Shown: positions 1 to 7,688 of the stretch, one piece after another
Position numbering within the stretch: the first letter of the stretch is position 1
How the letters are laid out: each line of letters opens with the position of its first letter
Notes under the pieces: model-generated
Seen by the model: only the letters and a program-made list of their open reading frames with translations
Told to the model about the DNA's origin: nothing
Database searches by the model: none
Source: a virus
Lineage: Duplodnaviria > Caudoviricetes
Direction: 5' to 3' (one strand)
Virus record (IMG/VR): IMGVR_UViG_3300008261_000112
Location: 1-29,055 of that record
Length of the DNA stretch: 29,055 bases
Program-made: the position numbers and the translations under genes

Positions 1-2
1 GC

Positions 3-410
3 TCTAACACTACTAATCAGGTTGCACAGGGAGATGTTCGTACTCCTAACTCTCAAGCCGGTAACACACCTACTCCGGGTAGCAATAGTAATAGTGCTTC
101 AGCAAATACTGGGTTGGCACAAGACGATGTGACTGGGGTGGATGCCGCAGTACAAAGAAATGCTGACACAGATGCAAAACTTTCAACTACATCAGCTCCT
201 GTTAATCAGTTAGTACCTACAGGAGATCCAGTTAATACTGCGGTTGCATCAGGTGAATTAGAACCCGGTGGAAGTACGCAAGCGGGTATTGCTAACAACG
301 GAGAAGAGGGTGGTAGAGAAACTTCTAACACAAATAATACAACACCTACAGATATACGTACAGGTGAAGTTATTACAACAACTTATAACAATGCACTTGG
401 TGGTGTATAA
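3..410 (+). CDS. 3' end of an upstream gene (5'-truncated), low-complexity T/N/S/G-rich tail; by position possibly a baseplate hub protein
   Basis: The frame of the 114..410 ORF is open back to position 3 (SNTTNQVAQGDVRTPNSQAG...), so the TTG at 114 is probably not the true start. Stop TAA at 408-410. Product is guessed from gene order only. Confidence 0.7.
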   Translation, partial: SNTTNQVAQGDVRTPNSQAGNTPTPGSNSNSASANTGLAQDDVTGVDAAVQRNADTDAKLSTTSAPVNQLVPTGDPVNTAVASGELEPGGSTQAGIANNGEEGGRETSNTNNTTPTDIRTGEVITTTYNNALGGV

Positions 411-424
411 CAAGAGAATAAAAT

Positions 425-3400
425 ATGGCACATAATGTATTCAAACCCAGAGGAGCAACAAGTGCATCAAAACCAGATGCAGGCGGTGCAGTACTACGCT
501 CGGTACCAGTATTTGGTGTAGTTAAAGATAACATCGATCCTATTCGTTCTGGTAGATTACGTGTGTATATTGCTGAAATGGGAGGACAAGATCCTAACGA
601 TGCCGACTCATGGATAACAGTTAACTACATGACACCTTTTTATGGGTTGACTCAAGGTGACGCCCCTAAAGAAGGCTATGGAACATACTTACAGAATCAA
701 AGTGCATATGGTATGTGGTTTGCACAGCCAGACATTGATACAACTGTGATTTGTTTATTCATTAACGGTGACCCTGAATATGGTTATTGGATTGGGTGCG
801 TACCTGAACCAGAAGCATTGTACACAGTTCCTGCTATGGGTTCTGCTGAAACAGTAGTTGTTAATGCAAATGAAGGTAGTAGTTATGGTGGCGCAACAAA
901 GCTTCCGGTAGCAAACATTAATAAGAATAATGAAGCAATCAACGAATCACCTACATTCTTTAATCAGCCAAAGCCAGTACATAGTTATCTTGCTGGTGTA
1001 TTAAATCAACAAGGTTTAATCAGAGACACAATTCGAGGTACGATAGGCACATCAGCACAGCGTGAAACACCAAGTAGAGTTGGTTGGGGTGTAAGTAGTC
1101 CCGGACGTCCTATCTATGAAGGTGGATTTACAGATGAGACTGTAGCAGATGCGGCAAATCAAGGTAGTCAGCAAACAGGGTTAAGAGTAGTGGCACGTAG
1201 AGCAGGCCATTCTATTGTAATGGATGATGGTGACTTAATTGGTCGTGACCAACTAATTAGATTGCGTACTAGTTTAGGACATCAAATATTAATGAGTGAT
1301 GATGGTCAGTGTTTGCACATCATTCATGCTAACGGGCAAAGTTGGGTAGAGTTAGGTAAAGAAGGTACAATTGACATGTACGCTACTAACTCAGTTAATA
1401 TTAGAACACAAGGTGATTTGAATCTACATGCTGATAACAATATCAACATGCATGCCAAGAAAGATTTAAACATCTATGCTGAAAACATTACAACTAACAG
1501 CGATAAGAAAACTAATATCAAAGTTGGAACTGATTATGCTACTAGCGTTAATGGTAAAACAACATTGAAATCAACTGGTGCAATGAGTTTAAAATCATCA
1601 GGTGAAGCAAGTTTTGCTAGCACAAATAATACATTCATCAATGGTAAGAAAATAAACTTAAACACAGGTGAAGCATCAACAATACCAGAAGATGTTAAAC
1701 CAATACCAACAAATGCACATACTGATACATTGTATGATTCACAAAAGGGTTGGGCGGCAGCGCCTGCGGCATTATTAAGTATTACTAGTAGAGCACCCTC
1801 TCATGCACCTTGGGCAGCCGCAAATCAAGGTGTTGATGTTAAGATTAACAATGATGCAGATGCTAACTTCCCAAGCAATCCGTCTCCGGCAGTGCAAGCG
1901 GCAAACAATACAACAACTACTCCAACAGCCCCAGTCAGTGCTAGTGTAGCATCAACTGTTCCTGTAACAGGAGCGATAAGCGGAGCACTAGACAAGAATA
2001 CAACAACTGCTATGGTAGGACAAGTTGCAACAATTGCACAATCTGTTCCCAATGTTGCAGCCGCAATTAAGAATGGTGCAGGGGTAGTAACATCAACAAT
2101 TAATGGTGCTGTGCAGAATATAGCCGCAATTGGTAAAATGGCTCAATCACCTCAACAACTTGAAGCGGCTGGTGTACTTAAAGCAGGCGCGGGTGTACTT
2201 GTCTCTAACTTAGTTCAAGGTGGTAAGACAGTACAACAAGCACTAACTTCTAATTTGTTTGCTGGTAAGCCCGGAGCTGAAAACTTAACAAACTATTTGA
2301 ATAATCCAACTGCTCAAGTAGCCGCGCAGGTTGCTAACTTCCAACAAGCACAGACACAATTAACACAATCAGGATTATTTACTGGTAAAGAAAGTGCAGG
2401 ACAACTTGCAGGCGCTGTTACAGCGGCAGCATTAGCAGGACCTACAGCCGCAGTTAATGCAATTAAATCAGCAGCCGGCACATTGGGTCAGTCAATTACA
2501 GGACCAATTGCAAACTTAGGTGGAGCCGCAAACAAACTATTAGGTAATGCATCTAGCTTATTAGGAGCAGGTAACTTTGCAGGTAACTTAGCTAGTACTG
2601 TTACAGGTGGATTAAGCTCTATTGCAGGATCATTAAACGGATTAGCAAAGAATCTAACTGGTGGTGCAGAGAGTTTATTGAATTCTGCTAAAGGTATTGC
2701 AGGATCTGCATTTGCCGCAATTAAAAATTCTTTTCCTACATTAACAGCAGGTGTACCACAAAATCTTAAACAGATCGCAGACCAAGCTACAGCAGCCGCA
2801 CAAAATGCTGGTACAGAATTGCAAGCAAGTGTTACACAAGCAGCCAATGCATTCAATGTTTCAGGTGCAAATGCAGCCTCTATTGCATCGGGTGCGGCAT
2901 CTTCTGCTATAAATGGTGCAACCTCTAGTGTTAATAATTTAGTAAATAGCGCAGGAGCAGCCGTAACAACAGCCGCAAATGCAGTACAAGCAGGATTAAC
3001 AAATGGTGCAAATTCACTATTACCGGCATCAGTGTCTACTGGTTTAGGTAACTTACCGGGAGCACAGAAAGCTGTAGCTTCTGTTGTGAATAATGCAAAA
3101 GGTGCACTGAATACGATACCGGGTACTGCCGGAATAACAGCGGCTTTAGGACAGGTTACAGCGGCATTGGGATCAGGTGCCGCATTAGGTAATTTAGCCT
3201 CTGGATTACTAACATCACTTAAGAATCCTGGTGCTTCGTTACAAGCATTGGCCTCTGCCGGATTGCCCGCTGGTGCCGCGGCACAGTTGAATTCTGCAAT
3301 AAGTTCATTGAATTCAGGTGGCGCATTACCAATCAAGCTACCTGTAATTAGTACCAACACTGTAGACAGAACAAATATCACAGCACAAATTGGCGCGGTG

Positions 3401-3751
3401 TTTGGTAGTTCAAAGATTCCTGTACCAAACTATACAGGTAATCCTGCATCAACTGGGGAAACTGCGGGTACTTCTGCGGCTCAAAAACTTATAGAAAAAC
3501 AAGAAAAAATCAAAGAGTTTGATACTAGAATTGCGGCTATTCTTGTTGAAGCAAAAGCAAAGTGTGCAGAAGTTGACACGGCTGTAGAGGCTCACGTGGA
3601 GGCAAAAAATAACTTACCTGCAGGCGATCCGGCAATTGAAAGTACTTTAGCAACAGCAAAAAGTCTAGCAGAAGATTTGAAAGCTATCAGGAAAAGAGGG
3701 TATGATATTATCGATGAAAAGTACACATTTATTAATTCTGCAACTGCATAA
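425..3751 (+). CDS. gp5: Baseplate central spike, T4 gp5/VgrG-like (OB-fold plus beta-helix) with long Ala/Gly-rich C-terminal extension
   Basis: OB-fold-type motifs GVVKDNIDPIRSGRLRVYI and YGMWFAQPDIDTTVICLFINGDPEYGYWIG; beta-helix-type segment from GHSIVMDD (1205) through LRTSLGHQILMSD to GKKINLNTG (~1669); lies directly upstream of a gp25-like gene. No lysozyme domain recognised. Symbol denotes T4 homology. Confidence 0.82.
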   Translation: MAHNVFKPRGATSASKPDAGGAVLRSVPVFGVVKDNIDPIRSGRLRVYIAEMGGQDPNDADSWITVNYMTPFYGLTQGDAPKEGYGTYLQNQSAYGMWFAQPDIDTTVICLFINGDPEYGYWIGCVPEPEALYTVPAMGSAETVVVNANEGSSYGGATKLPVANINKNNEAINESPTFFNQPKPVHSYLAGVLNQQGLIRDTIRGTIGTSAQRETPSRVGWGVSSPGRPIYEGGFTDETVADAANQGSQQTGLRVVARRAGHSIVMDDGDLIGRDQLIRLRTSLGHQILMSDDGQCLHIIHANGQSWVELGKEGTIDMYATNSVNIRTQGDLNLHADNNINMHAKKDLNIYAENITTNSDKKTNIKVGTDYATSVNGKTTLKSTGAMSLKSSGEASFASTNNTFINGKKINLNTGEASTIPEDVKPIPTNAHTDTLYDSQKGWAAAPAALLSITSRAPSHAPWAAANQGVDVKINNDADANFPSNPSPAVQAANNTTTTPTAPVSASVASTVPVTGAISGALDKNTTTAMVGQVATIAQSVPNVAAAIKNGAGVVTSTINGAVQNIAAIGKMAQSPQQLEAAGVLKAGAGVLVSNLVQGGKTVQQALTSNLFAGKPGAENLTNYLNNPTAQVAAQVANFQQAQTQLTQSGLFTGKESAGQLAGAVTAAALAGPTAAVNAIKSAAGTLGQSITGPIANLGGAANKLLGNASSLLGAGNFAGNLASTVTGGLSSIAGSLNGLAKNLTGGAESLLNSAKGIAGSAFAAIKNSFPTLTAGVPQNLKQIADQATAAAQNAGTELQASVTQAANAFNVSGANAASIASGAASSAINGATSSVNNLVNSAGAAVTTAANAVQAGLTNGANSLLPASVSTGLGNLPGAQKAVASVVNNAKGALNTIPGTAGITAALGQVTAALGSGAALGNLASGLLTSLKNPGASLQALASAGLPAGAAAQLNSAISSLNSGGALPIKLPVISTNTVDRTNITAQIGAVFGSSKIPVPNYTGNPASTGETAGTSAAQKLIEKQEKIKEFDTRIAAILVEAKAKCAEVDTAVEAHVEAKNNLPAGDPAIESTLATAKSLAEDLKAIRKRGYDIIDEKYTFINSATA

Positions 3752-3754
3752 ATA
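3747..3754 (+). promoter_or_regulatory. Putative late promoter CATAAATA (T4 TATAAATA-like)
   Basis: Overlaps the spike gene stop TAA (3749-3751); 16 nt before ATG 3771; followed by SD-like AGGA at 3761. Confidence 0.6.
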
Positions 3755-3770
3755 CCATATAGGATAAGAT

Positions 3771-4223
3771 ATGTCAACATATATAGGTTTTTCAACAATC
3801 AATGCTAATAGACCCAGAACTACTAATGCACCGGCTGGTAGTTCCGGTGGTACGGGTAGCATGGTATATCCTATTATCCCGGGTAAAAAATTCAGAATGG
3901 TCGACGGTCCACTGGTACTAAGAGACTTTATCAACGCACTTAACATCAATAAAGGTGAAAAAGTGGGTCAACCTGGCTATGGAACTGATATCTGGAGCTA
4001 TATTTTTGAACCAAATGATGCTGATACTCAGTTTAGAATTCAAACTGAAATCCAACGTGTTGCTAGTTCAGATCCTAGGCTATTATTAAACTCTGTAAAA
4101 TCATTTGTTCAACAAAACGGAATACTTTTAGAAGTAGAAGTTGCTATACAGCCCTTCAACGATGCTTCTATTGTCAATGTATTCTTTAACAACATTACAA
4201 ATCAAGCCACTCTTGCAACCTAA
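3771..4223 (+). CDS. gp25: Baseplate wedge / sheath initiator, GPW_gp25 family
   Basis: 150 aa with gp25-type signature KGEKVGQPGYGTDIWSYIFEP...EIQRVASSDPR; canonical position between spike and gp6. Symbol denotes T4 homology. Confidence 0.9.
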   Translation: MSTYIGFSTINANRPRTTNAPAGSSGGTGSMVYPIIPGKKFRMVDGPLVLRDFINALNINKGEKVGQPGYGTDIWSYIFEPNDADTQFRIQTEIQRVASSDPRLLLNSVKSFVQQNGILLEVEVAIQPFNDASIVNVFFNNITNQATLAT

Positions 4224-4237
4224 AAAACCATGGTTTT
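4224..4237. repeat. Perfect 14 bp palindrome AAAACCATGGTTTT
   Basis: Read directly; starts immediately after the gp25 stop and ends 7 nt before GATAAATA. Function unknown. Confidence 0.85.
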
Positions 4238-4244
4238 CATTTAA

Positions 4245-4252
4245 GATAAATA
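4245..4252 (+). promoter_or_regulatory. Putative late promoter GATAAATA
   Basis: Intergenic, 17 nt before ATG 4270; identical octamer at 26954 and 27740. Confidence 0.7.
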
Positions 4253-4269
4253 CTTAAAAGAGAACAACT

Positions 4270-7200
4270 ATGGCCACAAGTTCAAGACAATCAGCATTAT
4301 TCGGCGTTAACGATTGGCAAGCAATCTACCAAACGTTCCGTGAAGCCGACTTCAGAAGTTATGATTATGAAACCCTGCGTAAGAGTTTCATCGATTATCT
4401 ACGTGCATACTATCCTGAAACATTCAATGACTACATTGACAGTTCAGAATTTATTGCCCTCATGGACGTTATGGCGTTTATGGGACAGGGTTTAGCATTC
4501 CGTAATGACTTAAACACCCGTGAAAACTTCATTGATACTGCCGAACGCCGTGATAGTGTTATCAAATTAGCTAACCTAGTAAGCTATAATCCAAAGCGCA
4601 ATAACGCTGGTCAAGGTTATATTAAAGTAACAAGCATTCGCACCACTGAGAATATAACTGACATGAATGGTTTCAACTTAAGTAACCAAATTATTCTTTG
4701 GAATGACCCTGCGAATGTCAATTGGTTAGAACAATTTAACACAGTAGTAAACGCTACGTTAATTAATAGTCAACGTGTTGGACGTCCTGGAAATAGTGCT
4801 GATTTGTTAGGAGTTAAGACTGATGAATATAGCATTAACATACCACCTAACAGCTTGCCCATCGCTCCTTTTAGTTCAGTAGTTGATACTATCAGCATGA
4901 ACTTTGAATTAGTATCTGTAACTAGTTTGGGAGAAGATTATGTTTATGAGATTCCACCTGCACCAAGTGGAAGATTCAATATGGTTTATCGTAATGACAA
5001 ATTAGGTTATGGTAGCCCAAATACAGGATTTTTCTTCTACTTTAAACAAGGTGGATTGCAAGCATACGATTTTAACTTAGCGCAACAAATTAGTAACCAA
5101 GTTGTAGACATTGACATTCAAGGTATCAATAATACAGACACATGGTTATATCAATTAAACACTGACAACGGTGGCAGAACACTTTGGAATCAAGTAGAAA
5201 GTGTATATGCCAACGCACAACTCCAAACTGAATCAAGCAACAAGAAAATTTTTAGTGTTGTCTCACGTTTCAATGACCAAGTCAGTTACACTTTTGGTGA
5301 TGGAGTATTTTCTGAAGCACCGGTTGGAACATTCAGGTCATATGTACGTGCAGGTAATGCATTGACATATACTATTGATCCCTCTGAAATGCAAGGTATT
5401 CAAGTAACGTTTCAGTATATTAGTCGAGCAGGCCGAACAGAGGCACTTACTATAGGACTAGAACTTCAATCAACAATATCAACAGCACAGGCTAGAGAAT
5501 CACTAGCTGACATTAAACTACGTGCTCCTGCAAGATATTATACACAAAACAGAATGGTTAATGGCGAAGATTACAACAACTTCCCATACACATTATACAA
5601 CTCAATTATTAAAAGCAAGGCTATTAATCGCAGTTCTGTTGGCGTGTCTAAAAACTTAGACTTACTTGACCCTACCGGAAAATACTCCAGCACTAGCTCA
5701 TTTGCAAATGATGGTGGCATGTATCAAAATAGCGAAGATGGATTTTTGTTATTAACTATTACTAATACCGGCGATATCATTCAGTTCTTAACTGATACAT
5801 TGGCATCTGCGCTATCAAGCAATAGAGCAAAACAATATTACTTACAAAATTATACACGATATCCTATAAATGTTGCTTCTGGTGATGGTACAGTATATTG
5901 GAATACTAGTACAGTTAATGCTAATAGCATTACTGGTTATTTTTATAACATATCTGGATCAGCAGATGTGCCAATTGCAATTGGTACATACTCTACTAAA
6001 AATGTAAAGTATATTACAAAAGGTGCAATGATAAAAGTTATTGCACCTAGTGGTTATTATTTTGATAATAACAACAGACTTGTTGCAGGTATTGCTAGCC
6101 CAAGTGATACGACATATTTCTGGACTACTGCACTAGCAGTTGTAGGCGACGGTTATAACAATGGTCAAGGTAACTTCAGCAATGGAACAGGCCCGGTGAC
6201 ACTAAATGGTTATGTACCTAATGGCGCAATTATTACTGAAGTAATTCCATCATTTAGTAACATATTACCAAATCTTGTATTACAAGAATGTATCACTAGA
6301 ATGGAATTGAATCAAGACTTCAGTTTAGTGTTTAACAATTCATTATTAGTAACACAAAATCGCTGGTCAGTTGAAAACTTTAATGCCAATAATTGGTTTG
6401 TAAATTTTGAAAGTACCGGAGACAATACATATAGAATTTATTACAGAGCATTGCGCTATTATTTTGGTAGTGTAGCCGACACACGCTTCTGGTACGAAAC
6501 AGGTAAACTTGTTTATGATCCAGTTACTGGTAAAATTTTAGCAGACAATGTTAAAGTATTAGCAACAAACACACAACCAGATAGTAATTACCCATTAGCT
6601 AAACCAGTTGATGTTGTAGTTATTAGTCAGACTGTTGAGAGTGACGGATATGTTAACGACTTTGAAGTAGAAGTTGCTAGTATAGATGTTAACAACACTG
6701 AAATTATTATTGACCCTGACTTTTTCCAAACAGTTACTGGATACGTTACGGGCTCAACTAACATTGGTATATACTCATTCTTTGAATTGATTCAAGATGC
6801 AGTTAACCTATCACGTTATCAATTAATTGATTCAGCTAATGTTGCATACCAATATCCAAATCAATCTGCAATTGAAGTTGTTAAGTATGAATATCCTTTA
6901 GGACAATTGTTTTACGCATACAATGAAACTGATTCAAATGGACTGTATAATGTGTTCTACACGACCGTACAAGATACTACGGTAACAACTCCGTTTTATA
7001 TTGTTACAATACAACCTCAGTATTCAATGCAACCCGGTCGCCAAGGATTGCAGTTCCAGTACAAACACAATAGTAACAATACAACACGTATTGATCCAGC
7101 GACTACAAACATTATTGATTTGTATGTGGTAACACAGGCTTATTATACTGCATACCAAAATTGGATACAAGATACAACAAACACTGTACCTAAACCAGCA

Positions 7201-7662
7201 GTGCCAACAATCAACGAATTGCAACAAGCATATGGTCGCATTGATGATTATAAAATGTTAACTGACAGTGTGATATTAAACAGCGTTCGCTTTTTACCAT
7301 TGTTTGGTTCTAAAGCACCTGAGCAATTGCGCGGTACAGTTAAAGTTATACCAGCACAAAACACTAGCGCAAGTAGTAGCGAAATACGTAGTGCTGTATT
7401 ATCTGCAATGAATAGTTATTTCAATATTAACAATTGGAGTTTTGGTGATACATTCTACTTCTCAGAGTTGAGTGCATACTTGCACACACAATTAGGTGAT
7501 TTAGTAAGCTCAATCGTTTTAGTACCTAATGACCCTACAATGTCATTTGGTGATTTGTATGAAATTAAATCAGCACCATTTGAAATTTTTGTTAATGGTG
7601 CAACAGCAAATGACGTGGTTGTAATTGCGGCTTTAACTCCCGTACAATTACAAATAAGATAA
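4270..7662 (+). CDS. gp6: Baseplate wedge subunit, T4 gp6 / baseplate J-like
   Basis: N-terminal YDYETLRKSFIDYLR...FNDYIDSSEFIALMDVMAF...ENFIDTAERRDSVIKLANLVSYNPKR; SYTFGDGVF; ESLADIKLRAPARYYTQNRMVNGEDY, matching the gp6 ES...R...Q.R.V...DY pattern. Symbol denotes T4 homology. Confidence 0.9.
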   Translation: MATSSRQSALFGVNDWQAIYQTFREADFRSYDYETLRKSFIDYLRAYYPETFNDYIDSSEFIALMDVMAFMGQGLAFRNDLNTRENFIDTAERRDSVIKLANLVSYNPKRNNAGQGYIKVTSIRTTENITDMNGFNLSNQIILWNDPANVNWLEQFNTVVNATLINSQRVGRPGNSADLLGVKTDEYSINIPPNSLPIAPFSSVVDTISMNFELVSVTSLGEDYVYEIPPAPSGRFNMVYRNDKLGYGSPNTGFFFYFKQGGLQAYDFNLAQQISNQVVDIDIQGINNTDTWLYQLNTDNGGRTLWNQVESVYANAQLQTESSNKKIFSVVSRFNDQVSYTFGDGVFSEAPVGTFRSYVRAGNALTYTIDPSEMQGIQVTFQYISRAGRTEALTIGLELQSTISTAQARESLADIKLRAPARYYTQNRMVNGEDYNNFPYTLYNSIIKSKAINRSSVGVSKNLDLLDPTGKYSSTSSFANDGGMYQNSEDGFLLLTITNTGDIIQFLTDTLASALSSNRAKQYYLQNYTRYPINVASGDGTVYWNTSTVNANSITGYFYNISGSADVPIAIGTYSTKNVKYITKGAMIKVIAPSGYYFDNNNRLVAGIASPSDTTYFWTTALAVVGDGYNNGQGNFSNGTGPVTLNGYVPNGAIITEVIPSFSNILPNLVLQECITRMELNQDFSLVFNNSLLVTQNRWSVENFNANNWFVNFESTGDNTYRIYYRALRYYFGSVADTRFWYETGKLVYDPVTGKILADNVKVLATNTQPDSNYPLAKPVDVVVISQTVESDGYVNDFEVEVASIDVNNTEIIIDPDFFQTVTGYVTGSTNIGIYSFFELIQDAVNLSRYQLIDSANVAYQYPNQSAIEVVKYEYPLGQLFYAYNETDSNGLYNVFYTTVQDTTVTTPFYIVTIQPQYSMQPGRQGLQFQYKHNSNNTTRIDPATTNIIDLYVVTQAYYTAYQNWIQDTTNTVPKPAVPTINELQQAYGRIDDYKMLTDSVILNSVRFLPLFGSKAPEQLRGTVKVIPAQNTSASSSEIRSAVLSAMNSYFNINNWSFGDTFYFSELSAYLHTQLGDLVSSIVLVPNDPTMSFGDLYEIKSAPFEIFVNGATANDVVVIAALTPVQLQIR

Positions 7663-7665
7663 GTA
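7658..7665 (+). promoter_or_regulatory. Putative late promoter variant GATAAGTA
   Basis: One mismatch to GATAAATA; overlaps the gp6 stop TAA (7660-7662); 23 nt before ATG 7689. Confidence 0.5.
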
Positions 7666-7688
7666 TATATAACAACTAGAGAGTTATA

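Noticed and set aside
114-410. 98 aa stand-alone gene starting at TTG 114
   Set aside because: The frame is open to the window edge, so it is more likely the tail of a longer gene.
2488-3381. 297 aa antisense ORF (and 1825..2052) opposite the spike gene
   Set aside because: Shadow ORF expected from the Ala/Gly-rich codon usage of the sense gene; low-complexity mirror sequence with no recognisable motif.
4224-4242. Rho-independent terminator after gp25
   Set aside because: The stem is mostly A-T with no proper loop and no separate U-tract; retained only as a palindrome.
425-7662. Bacterial T6SS, eCIS or tailocin locus
   Set aside because: The long T4 gp6-type wedge, giant wedge/fibre genes and late-promoter-like motifs fit a large phage better, and no T6SS membrane complex or eCIS ATPase gene is present in the window.
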